Shown: positions 1 to 12,327 of the stretch, in pieces | Position numbering within the stretch: position 1 is the stretch's first letter | Layout of the letters: each line of letters opens with the position of its first letter | Assembly (NCBI RefSeq): GCF_000196355.1 | Contig: NC_007614.1 | Coordinates: 180,001-212,000 of the forward strand | Length of the DNA stretch: 32,000 nt | Direction: 5' to 3' | From: Nitrosospira multiformis ATCC 25196 | GTDB lineage: Bacteria > Pseudomonadota > Gammaproteobacteria > Burkholderiales > Nitrosomonadaceae | Translations under genes and position numbers: made by a program | The notes under the pieces: model-generated | What the model was told of the DNA's origin: nothing | Databases searched by the model: none | What the model saw: only the letters and a program-made list of their open reading frames with translations

Positions 1-2
1 TA

Positions 3-842
3 TTTCTGCATTCCCGCAGCGGCGTGCCGGGAGAATTGCTCACGCAGGGGGGACAAGCGTGTTCTTCGCCGGCTGAAGTCGCGCAGAACGCTGACCTTAT
101 CATTACCATGCTTCCGGACACGGGGGATGTGGAGCGGGTGCTGTTCGGTGACAAGGGGGTGGCGGAGGGATTGAGCGCGGGGCGAAGTAAAGGCGGGATC
201 GTGATGGACATGAGTACCATCTCGCCAGTTGAGACGCGGAAATTCGCCGCTGAAATCAATGAGCTTGGGTGCGAGTACGTGGATGCCCCCGTTTCAGGCG
301 GAGATATCGGCGCCCGGAACGGCACTCTCACCATCATGGTCGGCGCCACTTCTTCGGCCTTCGTGCAGGTGAAGCCGGTTCTCGAGTTTATGGGTAAAAC
401 GATAACCCTGATCGGTCCCACTGGCACGGGCCAGGTCTGCAAGCTTGCCAATCAGATCATCGCCGCGCTTACTATCGAAGCGGTGGGTGAAGGTTTGCTA
501 TTCGCCTCGAAAGCGGGGGCCGATGTGCGGAAAGTGCGCCAGGCATTAATGGGCGGTTTCGCTTATTCCCGCGTGCTGGAAGTACACGGCGAGCGCATGA
601 TCGAGCGCGCGTTTGAGCCGGGATTTCGCGTCGAGCTGCACCGGAAGGATCTGGGCCTTGCTTTGTCCCATGCCCGTACACTGGGCGTGAGCCTGCCCGG
701 TACGGCGACTGTTCAGGAATTGCTGAATGCGTGCATCGCGCATGGCGGGGCCGGATGGGATAGTTCGGCCCTGGTACGGATGCTGGAAAAACTGGCGAAT
801 CATGAGATCGAGACCATCGAAGGCTCGCATGATGAATCATGA
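3..842 (+). CDS. 2-hydroxy-3-oxopropionate (tartronate semialdehyde) reductase, beta-hydroxyacid dehydrogenase family; 5' end outside the window
   Basis: Frame is open from the window edge (FLHSRSGVPGELL...). Contains family signatures DAPVSGGDIGARNGTLTIMVGA and GPTGTGQVCKLANQI and a C-terminal KDLGLAL motif. Lies directly upstream of glcDEF. Confidence 0.88.
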   Translation, partial: FLHSRSGVPGELLTQGGQACSSPAEVAQNADLIITMLPDTGDVERVLFGDKGVAEGLSAGRSKGGIVMDMSTISPVETRKFAAEINELGCEYVDAPVSGGDIGARNGTLTIMVGATSSAFVQVKPVLEFMGKTITLIGPTGTGQVCKLANQIIAALTIEAVGEGLLFASKAGADVRKVRQALMGGFAYSRVLEVHGERMIERAFEPGFRVELHRKDLGLALSHARTLGVSLPGTATVQELLNACIAHGGAGWDSSALVRMLEKLANHEIETIEGSHDES

Positions 843-857
843 GTTGAATTGGCGGCA

Positions 858-2324
858 ATGAACCGTATGAATGACGCTCTCGAACTTGTAAAAAAGCTTC
901 GGACCTTTCTGCCCGCGGAATCGGTGCTGCATGAGACCGAAGACGTGAGGCCGTACGAGTGCGATGGCCTGTCCGCTTATCGGCAAACGCCCATGATCGT
1001 GGCGCTGCCGCGGACTGAAGATGAAGTGGCGGGAATTTTAAAAATCTGTGATGCACTGAAGATTCCGGTGGTCGCCCGCGGTGCGGGCACTGGTCTCTCC
1101 GGCGGTGCCTTGCCGCATCCGCAGGGAGTGCTGTTGTCGCTGGCGAAGCTGAAAAACATACTGGAGATCGATCCGGCAGCGCGTACGGCAAGGGTGCAGC
1201 CAGGCGTACGCAACCTTGCGATCAGCGAAGCTGCAGCCCCTTACGGACTGTATTACGCGCCTGATCCTTCCTCCCAGATTGCCTGCTCCATCGGGGGTAA
1301 CGTGGCGGAAAATTCCGGAGGTGTGCACTGCCTGAAATACGGACTGACAGTGCACAACATCCTCAAACTGCGTGTTTTGACTATTGAAGGCGAGCTTCTC
1401 GAAATGGGTGCCGATGGGCTGGACGCTCCTGGGTACGACCTGCTGGCGCTCATGACGGGCAGCGAAGGCATGCTGGGTATCGTGACCGAGGTGACGGTGA
1501 AACTGACTCCCCGCCCGGAGAAAGCCCAGGTTGTCCTGGCGTCGTTTGACGACATCCGGGACGCGGGGAATGCAGTGGCGAATGTGATCGGCGCCGGCAT
1601 CATCCCGGCCGGAATGGAAATGATGGACAAGATCACGACCGGGGCAGTGGAAGAGTATGTCCACGCCGGCTATAACGTCGAAGCGGCTGCGATCCTGTTA
1701 TGCGAATCCGACGGCGCGGAGGAAGAGGTGGCGGAGGAGATCGAACGCATCAACGAGATTATGCGGCAGAGCGGTGCGACGGAAGTCAGGATATCCCGCG
1801 ACGAAGCCGAACGCGCTCGGTTCTGGGCGGGGCGGAAGGCGGCTTTTCCTGCCGCAGGCCGGGTTTCCCCTGATTACTATTGCATGGATGGCACCATCCC
1901 GCGCAAGAATCTTGCGAGCGTGCTGACCGGAATCGAAGCGCTTTCTGCCGAATACGGCCTGCGTTGCATGAATGTATTTCATGCGGGTGACGGCAATCTG
2001 CATCCGCTGATTCTTTACGATGCCAATCATCCGGGAGAACTGGAGTTGACAGAGGAATTCGGGGCAAAAATACTCAGGATGTGCATAGAGGCTGGGGGAA
2101 CCATTACTGGCGAGCATGGCGTCGGCATTGAAAAAATCAATCAGATGTGTTCCCAGTTCAAGACAGGTGAGCTGGAAATGTTTCATGCGGTAAAGGCGGC
2201 TTTTGATCCCGCGAGCTTATTGAATCCCGGAAAAGCCATACCTACCCTGCGGCGCTGTGCCGAGCAGGGGGCGATGCACGTGCATCGGGGCAAAGAGAAA
2301 TTCCCCGAATTGCCGAGATTTTGA
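858..2324 (+). CDS. glcD: Glycolate oxidase FAD-linked subunit GlcD
   Basis: FAD-binding PCMH motifs (VVARGAGTGLSGGALP, CSIGGNVAENSGGVHCLKYG), C-terminal HAGDGNLHPLILYD and GEHGVGIEK; followed by glcE and glcF. Confidence 0.95.
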   Translation: MNRMNDALELVKKLRTFLPAESVLHETEDVRPYECDGLSAYRQTPMIVALPRTEDEVAGILKICDALKIPVVARGAGTGLSGGALPHPQGVLLSLAKLKNILEIDPAARTARVQPGVRNLAISEAAAPYGLYYAPDPSSQIACSIGGNVAENSGGVHCLKYGLTVHNILKLRVLTIEGELLEMGADGLDAPGYDLLALMTGSEGMLGIVTEVTVKLTPRPEKAQVVLASFDDIRDAGNAVANVIGAGIIPAGMEMMDKITTGAVEEYVHAGYNVEAAAILLCESDGAEEEVAEEIERINEIMRQSGATEVRISRDEAERARFWAGRKAAFPAAGRVSPDYYCMDGTIPRKNLASVLTGIEALSAEYGLRCMNVFHAGDGNLHPLILYDANHPGELELTEEFGAKILRMCIEAGGTITGEHGVGIEKINQMCSQFKTGELEMFHAVKAAFDPASLLNPGKAIPTLRRCAEQGAMHVHRGKEKFPELPRF

Positions 2325-2373
2325 AGTCATGTCCATTTCATATACTCTTCACGGTCTTACAGGCTGACGCAGT

Positions 2374-3468
2374 ATGCAGGAAATCGTTGATCAGCTTGCG
2401 GCGACCATTCGCGCCGCTGCGGCGAGTAACGTGCCGCTACGTATCCGCAGCGGCGGCACCAAGGATTTTTATGGCCAGCAGGACAAAGGACGAGACGTCG
2501 CGCCCGAAGGCATTCTCGATCCCACGGCTTTTGCGGGTATAGTGGATTACGAACCCACCGAACTGGTCGTGACCGCGCGGACGGGCACCCCCCTGGCGCA
2601 ACTGGAAACCGAATTGAATGGTCGGGGTCAGATGCTTGCGTTCGAGCCACCGCATTTCGGGGCGGGCGCCACCCTTGGCGGCTGTATCGCGGCAGGCTTA
2701 TCCGGGCCACGCCGCGCCTCGGCAGGCGCCGTACGAGACTTCGTGCTGGGGGTGCGCATGCTGGATGGCAGAGGGGATGACTTGAGTTTTGGCGGCCGGG
2801 TAATGAAGAACGTGGCTGGTTATGACATCCCACGTTTAATGGCGGGTTCCCTGGGCACATTGGGATTATTGCTGGAAGTTTCCCTGAAAGTGCTTCCCCT
2901 GCCCGCAGAGGAACGCACGCTGCGTTTATCGATGAATGAAGCCGTAGCCATTGAGACCATGAATCGCTGGGCAGGCAAGCCCCTGCCGGTTTCAGCAACC
3001 TGTTTCTGCGAGGGTGAGCTCACTGTAAGGTTATCCGGCGCAACTTCCGCAGTGCGTGCGGCGCGCGCGGTATTGGGAGGAGAGGAAATTGTCGAAAATT
3101 CGTCTTTCTGGAAGTCGATACGGGAGCAGGTACATCCTTTTTTTCGATCAGGAAAGCAACTTTGGCGCTTGTCCATTAAATCGACCACCGCTCCTCTGTC
3201 CTTGCCTGGAAAACAGTTGATCGAGTGGGGGGGTGCGGTGCGATGGCTCTCTGTCGATGCAGAGATGGATAACGACGCTGTGGAGACACTTGTCCGCAAG
3301 ACCGCAAAGGAGGCCGGGGGACATGCCACTCTGTTCCGTAGCCGGACTCCCGCTGCTGCTGTGTTTCATCCGCTTCCGCCGGCCATGATGAATATTCACC
3401 GCCAGCTCAAGGAGAAATTTGACCCGATGCGTATTTTCAATCGGGGCCGTCTATATCCCGAACTATAA
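2374..3468 (+). CDS. glcE: Glycolate oxidase FAD-binding subunit GlcE
   Basis: Truncated FAD-binding oxidase (RIRSGGTKDFYG, FGAGATLGGCIAAGLSGPRR, KNVAGYDIPRLMAGSLGTLG, FDPMRIFNRGRLYP); ends at the base before the glcF start. Confidence 0.94.
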   Translation: MQEIVDQLAATIRAAAASNVPLRIRSGGTKDFYGQQDKGRDVAPEGILDPTAFAGIVDYEPTELVVTARTGTPLAQLETELNGRGQMLAFEPPHFGAGATLGGCIAAGLSGPRRASAGAVRDFVLGVRMLDGRGDDLSFGGRVMKNVAGYDIPRLMAGSLGTLGLLLEVSLKVLPLPAEERTLRLSMNEAVAIETMNRWAGKPLPVSATCFCEGELTVRLSGATSAVRAARAVLGGEEIVENSSFWKSIREQVHPFFRSGKQLWRLSIKSTTAPLSLPGKQLIEWGGAVRWLSVDAEMDNDAVETLVRKTAKEAGGHATLFRSRTPAAAVFHPLPPAMMNIHRQLKEKFDPMRIFNRGRLYPEL

Positions 3469-4818
3469 ATGCAAACCAATCTCGCTGATTTCATCAAGGA
3501 TACTCCCGAGGGAAAGGAAGCTGAGGCAATATTGCGAACCTGCGTTCATTGCGGTTTCTGCCTGGCTACCTGTCCGACTTATCAATTACTGGGAGACGAG
3601 CTCGATAGCCCGCGCGGGCGCATCTATCTGATGAAGCAGATGCTGGAAGGCGAGCCGGTGACGGAAAAGACGCAATTGCATCTCGACCGCTGCCTCACCT
3701 GCCGCGCTTGCGAGACAGCCTGCCCGTCCGGCGTGCGTTACGGTCATCTGGTGGATATCGGCCGGGGCCTTGTCGAAAAGAAGGTGGGGCGCAGCCTTGC
3801 TGCCGGAAGCATGCGATATGTGTTGCGGCAGGCATTGCCGAACCCGACCCTGTTTGCATCACTGTTGAAAGTGGGCCGGACTGTCCGCCCCTTGCTGCCA
3901 AATGGTCTGAAGGATTCGATCCCTGCTGCCCCCATGGAAGAAAGCCGACCCTTTCACGCTGCTCGGCACGAGCGCAGGATGCTCGTGCTCCAGGGCTGCG
4001 TTCAACCGGCACTGGCGCCCAATATCAATGCTGCTGCCGCACGCGTGCTGGACAAGCTCGGCATATCACTTATCAGCGCTCCGGATGCGGGGTGTTGTGG
4101 GGCGGTGTCTTACCATCTCAATGCCCAGAGGGAAGGATTGGATTACATGCGCCGCAACGTGGATGCGTGGTGGCCCTATATCGCGCCCAAGCCTGAAAAA
4201 GAGCCGGGAATGAAGCCTGGGACAAAGGGACGGGCAACAGAAGGAGCAAAGGAGGAAACAAGGGGCGTCGAAGCAATCGTCATGACTGCGAGCGGCTGCG
4301 GCGCGACCGTGGAAGAATACGGTCATCTTTTGCGCCATGATCCCGCATACGCGGAAAAAGCCGCGCGCATCTCGGAATTGACCAGGGACATCAGCGAGAT
4401 CGTGGAAGCGGAGATGCCGGCGCTCGTTTCTCTTCTCAGTAAATCGACTGCCAGCAGGGAAAACCCCAGGCAGAAGCTCGCGTTTCATTCTCCCTGCACT
4501 TTACAGCACGGAATGCGCATCCGGGGTGTCGCGGAGAAGATTCTGGCTGCTGCCGGCTTTGATTTGACCTATGTGCCGGATGCGCATCTTTGCTGCGGCT
4601 CCGCGGGAACCTATTCGATTCTGCAGCCGGAGTTATCGCAGCAGTTGCTGAAAAACAAGGTAACGGCACTCGAATCGGGCCATCCTGATCGGATTGCCAC
4701 TGCCAATATAGGTTGCCTCATGCATATCCGCAGCGGAGCCGCGCTGCCGGTCGAGCATTGGATCGAGATTTTGGACGAGACCCTTGAGGCCGCTTGGCCT
4801 GGCACGATTGAAGATTAG
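3469..4818 (+). CDS. glcF: Glycolate oxidase iron-sulfur subunit GlcF
   Basis: Two 4Fe-4S motifs (CVHCGFCLATCPTY, CLTCRACETACPSG) and two cysteine-rich CCG-type regions (GCCGAVSYHL, CCGSAGTYSI). Confidence 0.95.
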   Translation: MQTNLADFIKDTPEGKEAEAILRTCVHCGFCLATCPTYQLLGDELDSPRGRIYLMKQMLEGEPVTEKTQLHLDRCLTCRACETACPSGVRYGHLVDIGRGLVEKKVGRSLAAGSMRYVLRQALPNPTLFASLLKVGRTVRPLLPNGLKDSIPAAPMEESRPFHAARHERRMLVLQGCVQPALAPNINAAAARVLDKLGISLISAPDAGCCGAVSYHLNAQREGLDYMRRNVDAWWPYIAPKPEKEPGMKPGTKGRATEGAKEETRGVEAIVMTASGCGATVEEYGHLLRHDPAYAEKAARISELTRDISEIVEAEMPALVSLLSKSTASRENPRQKLAFHSPCTLQHGMRIRGVAEKILAAAGFDLTYVPDAHLCCGSAGTYSILQPELSQQLLKNKVTALESGHPDRIATANIGCLMHIRSGAALPVEHWIEILDETLEAAWPGTIED

Positions 4819-4914
4819 CTTTTCAATGCTTCTGCCAGGAGCTTCTTTCGCGCGCGCTCAGCGCAGCAAGCCGGATTCCCGATTCATATTTTTATCGCCT
4901 TCACCCTGAGTCCC

Positions 4915-4990
4915 TTGTTCCCGTTTGCCCCCAGCCTGTCGAAGGGGCCGAGCCGCGCTCGGAACTACGCCTGTCGAAGAGCGGAACAGG
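4915..4990 (+). repeat. Possible degenerate copy of a dispersed CCTGTCGAAG-type intergenic repeat, with an internal perfect hairpin CCGAGC-CGC-GCTCGG (4948-4962)
   Basis: cagCCTGTCGAAGgggCCGAGCcgcGCTCGGaactacgCCTGTCGAAG: the decamer CCTGTCGAAG occurs twice, about 30 nt apart, flanking a perfect 6-bp inverted repeat. Confidence 0.4.
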
Positions 4991-5175
4991 GATTAAGAGC
5001 CGGCTACCAGAGGCACGGCGAACTTGCGAGGAAATTCTTCGGAAGCGGACCGGCCAGAAGTGACCCGCCTCAAGGAAGGAAGATTTATTCCAATGGAATA
5101 AGAAGCGAGGTAGAAACCCTCCTGTTGCTTATTCCGCTGGAGTGGTTTTATTTTTAACCCCCCATCCAACTCTTA

Positions 5176-5181
5176 TATAAT
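5176..5181 (+). promoter_or_regulatory. Candidate -10 box (TATAAT) upstream of ftsK
   Basis: Perfect TATAAT 32 nt before the proposed ftsK start; only a weak -35-like sequence upstream. Confidence 0.35.
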
Positions 5182-5212
5182 CCATGTTGTTACCGTTCCT
5201 GCTGCTATATCC

Positions 5213-7543
5213 ATGAGCTTCGTCAACAAGCCAATGGCAAAAAAAATCAGTCCCGACCCTTTGCCGCCCAGGGTCGTTCGGCTCCTGCGGGAGTCGGCGA
5301 GTCTTGCCTTGCTGGGGGTGGCGCTCTATCTGGTGCTGATATTTTATGGATATGAGCGCGCCGATCCCGGGTGGTCGCACAGTGGCGACGGGCCCGCCCA
5401 GAATCCTGGGGGCATGGTAGGGGCTTGGCTGTCCGACCTGATGCTGTACTTGCTGGGTGTTTCCGCCTGGTGGTCAGTGCTGTTTTTCCTTTTCCTGGTA
5501 TGGTGGATGTATCGCCGCATCGATGGAAGCATATTCGACCGTCGTCCGTGGTTTGTTTCGATGATCGGCTTTCTGCTGTTACTCGTTGCGAGCAGTGGGA
5601 TGGAAGCACTGCGTTTCTACTCCCTCAAGGTGGTTTTGCCGCAGATGCCGGGAGGAGTGCTGGGTTTCCTGCTTAGTAAGAGCCTGTCCCAGGTACTGGG
5701 CTTTACTGGCGCAACGTTGGCACTCCTGATATTGATTGCAATCGGTTTCAGTTTATTTACAGGGTTATCCTGGTTGCGCCTGATCGAGCAGATAGGCGCC
5801 TCGATAGAAGGTTTTTTCCTGCTTGTCTGGCGCAGTATAGAAAGCGTCTTCCTGTTTATCGGCCGTGGCTGGCGGAGCAGGCAGGACCGTCATGTAGGTG
5901 CCGTTTCCGCCATCAGGCGTGAAGAGCTGGTGGAAGTGGAAAAAAAGCGCTTGCTGGAACACCCGCCTTTACACATTGAACAACCGGTTGTCGCGCTTCC
6001 CAAGCCGCGCAAGGTGACCCGGCAAAAGCAGGCTCCCCTTTCTTCTGACCTGCCTGATCCCACTTTGCCGCCGTTGCGCCTGCTCGATGAGCCGCCAAAG
6101 AAAGAAGTGGAAACTCTGTCGACGGAAACACTCGAATTCACTTCCCGCCTGATCGAGCGGAAACTGATGGATTTCGGTGTAGAGGTCAAGGTGGTGGCGG
6201 CATATCCCGGTCCCGTCATTACACGCTACGAGATTGAGCCTGCCGTCGGGGTGAAGGGTAACCAGATCCTCAATCTGGTCAAAGACCTGGCGCGATCCTT
6301 ATCAGTGGTAAGCATCCGTGTCGTCGAGACCATTCCGGGGAAGACCTGTATGGGTCTGGAAATCCCCAATCCCAAGCGGCAAGTCGTACGCTTGTCTGAA
6401 ATTCTCAGTTCACAGGCTTATGCCGATATGGGATCGCCCCTGACCATTGCCCTCGGCAAGGATATAGGCGGGCATCCGGTAGTGGCCGATCTGGCCAAGA
6501 TGCCGCATTTGCTCGTTGCGGGAACGACCGGCTCGGGCAAATCCGTGGCAATCAATGCGATGTTACTTAGCCTGCTCTACAAAGCTACGCCCGAGCAGGT
6601 GCGTCTCATTCTGGTGGACCCGAAGATGCTTGAATTGTCGGTATATGAGGGCATTCCACACCTGTTGGCTCCCGTAGTTACCGACATGCGTCAGGCAGCC
6701 AGCGCCCTGCGCTGGGGTGTGGCCGAAATGGAACGGCGCTACAAGCTGATGTCAGCGCTTGGGGTCCGTAATCTGGGGGGCTATAACCAGAAAATCCGTG
6801 AGGCGATCAAGAGTGAGAAACCCATCCTCAATCCGCTGAGCCTCACCCCGGAAGCACGGGAACCGCTGGAGGAGATGCCGGTGATTGTCGTGGTGATAGA
6901 CGAGCTGGCGGATCTGATGATGGTCGTGGGCAAGAAAGTGGAGGAGTTGATTGCCCGGCTTGCCCAGAAGGCCCGGGCGGCGGGAGTCCATCTGCTTCTC
7001 GCCACTCAGCGGCCTTCCGTGGATGTGATCACAGGACTTATCAAAGCCAATATTCCCACACGGGTAGCTTTTCAGGTATCAAGCAAGGTGGACTCGCGCA
7101 CAATCCTGGACCAGATGGGAGCGGAGGCCTTGCTCGGGCAGGGCGACATGCTTTATCTGCCCCCCGGAAGCGGATATCCGCAACGGGTTCACGGCGCTTT
7201 CGTCGCCGATCAGGAAGTGCATCGGGTGGTGGAGTATCTCAAGGAACACGGTGAGCCGCGGTATGTGGACGGTGTGCTTGATGCATCGGATGAGGAAGGC
7301 GGCGGGAGCGGAAATGGCGGGGTAGGGGGACAGGAAGGCGGCGAGAGCGATCCGCTTTACGATGAAGCCGTCGCCATCGTGCTCAGATCTCGACGCGCTT
7401 CCATCTCCCTGGTGCAGCGGCACCTGCGCATCGGTTACAACCGGGCTGCGCGGTTGATTGAAGAAATGGAGCGCGCCGGTCTGGTCTCGGCCATGCAAAG
7501 CAACGGCAACCGGGAGATTCTGGTTCCGGCGGGGAATGAATAA
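5213..7543 (+). CDS. ftsK: DNA translocase FtsK
   Basis: N-terminal multi-TM region, Walker [19 protein letters not shown], Walker [31 protein letters not shown], and C-terminal gamma winged-helix ([27 protein letters not shown]). Confidence 0.96.
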   Translation: MSFVNKPMAKKISPDPLPPRVVRLLRESASLALLGVALYLVLIFYGYERADPGWSHSGDGPAQNPGGMVGAWLSDLMLYLLGVSAWWSVLFFLFLVWWMYRRIDGSIFDRRPWFVSMIGFLLLLVASSGMEALRFYSLKVVLPQMPGGVLGFLLSKSLSQVLGFTGATLALLILIAIGFSLFTGLSWLRLIEQIGASIEGFFLLVWRSIESVFLFIGRGWRSRQDRHVGAVSAIRREELVEVEKKRLLEHPPLHIEQPVVALPKPRKVTRQKQAPLSSDLPDPTLPPLRLLDEPPKKEVETLSTETLEFTSRLIERKLMDFGVEVKVVAAYPGPVITRYEIEPAVGVKGNQILNLVKDLARSLSVVSIRVVETIPGKTCMGLEIPNPKRQVVRLSEILSSQAYADMGSPLTIALGKDIGGHPVVADLAKMPHLLVAGTTGSGKSVAINAMLLSLLYKATPEQVRLILVDPKMLELSVYEGIPHLLAPVVTDMRQAASALRWGVAEMERRYKLMSALGVRNLGGYNQKIREAIKSEKPILNPLSLTPEAREPLEEMPVIVVVIDELADLMMVVGKKVEELIARLAQKARAAGVHLLLATQRPSVDVITGLIKANIPTRVAFQVSSKVDSRTILDQMGAEALLGQGDMLYLPPGSGYPQRVHGAFVADQEVHRVVEYLKEHGEPRYVDGVLDASDEEGGGSGNGGVGGQEGGESDPLYDEAVAIVLRSRRASISLVQRHLRIGYNRAARLIEEMERAGLVSAMQSNGNREILVPAGNE

Positions 7544-7652
7544 AAGGATACCGGCGAGGACGATGTTGGCAAAGGAATCAAGGCGAACGCAGAATGGGGC
7601 GGAGGCGATCAGCCGTAATCCGTTTTTACTGATGGGTTGCGCTACGCTCTAT

Positions 7653-7671
7653 TCATCCCACAGCGGGATGA
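7653..7671. other. Inverted repeat between the convergent ftsK and amoC
   Basis: tCATCCC-acagc-GGGATGa: 7-bp perfect stem, 5-nt loop; no adjacent T-run. Confidence 0.45.
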
Positions 7672-7766
7672 GTGGAAGGAGCGCAGGACAAAATCATGGG
7701 GTTTGGCAAGAAGCAGGAAGCTCTGCTGCCCGTTACTACACTATCAGGGAGTAAGTACGTTGGCCA

Positions 7767-7792
7767 CATCGCTCTCCTGTTTGGAGGCGATG
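7767..7792. other. Strong hairpin about 40 nt downstream of the amoC stop; possible 3' end stabiliser or terminator-like element
   Basis: catcgc-t-ctcc-tgttt-ggag-gcgatg: 10 paired bases with a single bulge, 5-nt loop; no T-run. Confidence 0.5.
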
Positions 7793-7830
7793 CGGCTATT
7801 GCTGCTTATGCGTGTGTCAGCGAGTCAGTC

Positions 7831-8798
<968 letters not shown>

Positions 8799-8944
8799 CG
8801 GTGACGGGACATTATTCATGCTCTGTTGCCTGACATCGATTGTGGAACTTCGAGAGATCGCCTTAAATTGCCCGACGAGGGAGCGGCTTATTTATAATTA
8901 CCGTGATCCTGTTCTTTGCCTGGTTCCAATCCCTAGTCAAAATC

Positions 8945-9568
8945 ATGAAGCTATCCGAAAAGTTCTGTGTTTTCCTTTTTTTCCTTTTATTTACTTCCAC
9001 AACCCATGCAACCGGAATCGGCAGTCTCAAGAGCTTCATGGAGAATGCGCGGACTGTCCGCGCAGATTTTGCGCAAACCGTTCTCGACAAAAGTCGCCAC
9101 ATAGTGCAGACAGCAAGCGGTGCCATGCAATTCGAGCGTCCCGGAAAATTCCGCTGGATATACGAGAAGCCTTACGAACAATTGATCGTTGGAGACGGCG
9201 AGCGCATCTGGTTTTACGATCATGATCTTGCTCAGGTAACCGTGCGAAAGCTGGATGCCGCCATTGGCAGCAGTCCTGCCGCGCTGCTTGCCGGAAACAA
9301 TGATATCGAAAAGAATTTCCATCTTTTGGAAATCGGCCTGCAGGGTAACATCGAATGGGTGGAAGCCACACCCAAAACCCGGGAAAGTACATTTGAGCGG
9401 GTGCTTCTCGGATTTACCCTGGAGGGGATACTTAGAGTCATGGAATTGCATGATAATTTCGGCCAGGTTACCGTATTCGAATTTTCGGGTGTGGAACAAA
9501 ACCGCAAGCTTCCTCCGGAATTGTTCAAATTCAGTCCCCCGGCGGGTGTGGACGTGATCAGTGAGTGA
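8945..9568 (+). CDS. lolA: Outer membrane lipoprotein carrier protein LolA
   Basis: Signal peptide [24 protein letters not shown], then [21 protein letters not shown] and [47 protein letters not shown]; overlaps rarA by 8 bp. Confidence 0.93.
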   Translation: MKLSEKFCVFLFFLLFTSTTHATGIGSLKSFMENARTVRADFAQTVLDKSRHIVQTASGAMQFERPGKFRWIYEKPYEQLIVGDGERIWFYDHDLAQVTVRKLDAAIGSSPAALLAGNNDIEKNFHLLEIGLQGNIEWVEATPKTRESTFERVLLGFTLEGILRVMELHDNFGQVTVFEFSGVEQNRKLPPELFKFSPPAGVDVISE

Positions 9569-10874
9569 TCTGTTCGCGCAGGCCCAACCTGCTGCACCCC
9601 TGGCGGAACAGTTGCGTCCGCATGAATTGAAGGATGTGGTGGGGCAGCCTCATTTGTTGGGTCCCGGCAAACCGTTGCGTCTTGCATTCGAGTCCGGCAA
9701 GCCGCATTCAATGATACTGTGGGGTCCGCCCGGCTCAGGCAAGACCACGCTGGCTCGCCTCATGGCGTCGGCGTTTGACGCTGAATTCATTGCGCTGTCT
9801 GCCGTGCTAGCGGGGGTCAAGGATATTCGTGACGCAATCGAACGGGCACGTGCAGTTTTGCACCAGTCCAGCCGCCATACCATCCTGTTCGTGGATGAGG
9901 TTCATCGCTTCAACAAGTCGCAACAGGATGCGTTTCTGCCCTTCGTCGAACAAGGATTGGTAACATTTATCGGTGCCACGACCGAGAACCCTTCATTCGA
10001 GGTGAACGGCGCCCTGTTATCGCGTGCCCAGGTGTATGTGCTCACTGCCTTGTCCACGACCGAACTGGGTACCCTGTTCGACCGGGCAAGGAAGCTGGCA
10101 TTGGCTGAGCTGGATTTCACCCCTGATGCGCGATCATTGTTGATCGAATATGCCGACGGTGATGCGCGGCGTTTGCTCAATCTTCTGGAACAGCTAAAAA
10201 CTGCGGCGGCGGCTGAAGGAATATCAAGAATAGATGCGGATTACGCCCGTGAGAGGCTATCTCGCGCCGCGCGCCGGTTTGATAAGGGCGGCGATGAATT
10301 TTACGACCAGATTTCGGCGCTGCATAAATCCCTGCGAGGCTCTCATCCGCACGCCACGCTTTACTGGATGTGCCGGATGCTGGATGCCGGCGCAGATCCG
10401 CGCTATATTGCCCGGCGCCTCATCCGTGCCTCCGTGGAAGATATCGGCCTGGCCGACCCGCGCGCCCTGCGTATTGCGCTGGATGCTTCGGAGACTTACG
10501 AACGCCTGGGTAGTCCCGAGGGGGAACTGGCCCTGGCGCAGGCGGCCCTGTATCTTGCCTGCGCTCCCAAGAGCAATGCTGCTTACCTTGCGTATAATAA
10601 AACCCGCTCTTTTATCGGTGAAGACAAGTCGCGAAGGGTTCCGGAACACTTGCGCAACGCGCCCACGCGCCTGATGAAGGAGATGGGATTCGGGCGCGAC
10701 TACCGCTATGCGCACGATGATCCCGATGCATATGCCGCGGGAGAACATTATTTTCCGGAAGGAATGCCGGAAATTGAATTTTACCGGCCAACCAGCCGCG
10801 GATTCGAAAGTAAAATATCCGAAAGACTGGCGTATCTGCGCGAGCTGGACAAACAGGCAAAAAAAGAATCATAA
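9561..10874 (+). CDS. rarA: Replication-associated recombination protein A (AAA+ ATPase, RarA/MgsA)
   Basis: [23 protein letters not shown], Walker [19 protein letters not shown], Walker [43 protein letters not shown] start. Confidence 0.95.
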   Translation: MSDLFAQAQPAAPLAEQLRPHELKDVVGQPHLLGPGKPLRLAFESGKPHSMILWGPPGSGKTTLARLMASAFDAEFIALSAVLAGVKDIRDAIERARAVLHQSSRHTILFVDEVHRFNKSQQDAFLPFVEQGLVTFIGATTENPSFEVNGALLSRAQVYVLTALSTTELGTLFDRARKLALAELDFTPDARSLLIEYADGDARRLLNLLEQLKTAAAAEGISRIDADYARERLSRAARRFDKGGDEFYDQISALHKSLRGSHPHATLYWMCRMLDAGADPRYIARRLIRASVEDIGLADPRALRIALDASETYERLGSPEGELALAQAALYLACAPKSNAAYLAYNKTRSFIGEDKSRRVPEHLRNAPTRLMKEMGFGRDYRYAHDDPDAYAAGEHYFPEGMPEIEFYRPTSRGFESKISERLAYLRELDKQAKKES

Positions 10875-10879
10875 GATAG

Positions 10880-12274
<1,395 letters not shown>

Positions 12275-12327
12275 GGCAATCAGACGTATCTTTTTACCAT
12301 TGTTACCATTGGAGAGGCTCGCTAACC

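Noticed and set aside
472-1191. 239-aa minus-strand ORF over the reductase gene and glcD
   Set aside because: Ser/Arg/Pro-rich shadow ORF opposite two strongly supported genes; typical GC-rich artefact.
2357-2998. 213-aa minus-strand ORF over glcE
   Set aside because: Antisense to a well-supported enzyme, with no recognisable motif.
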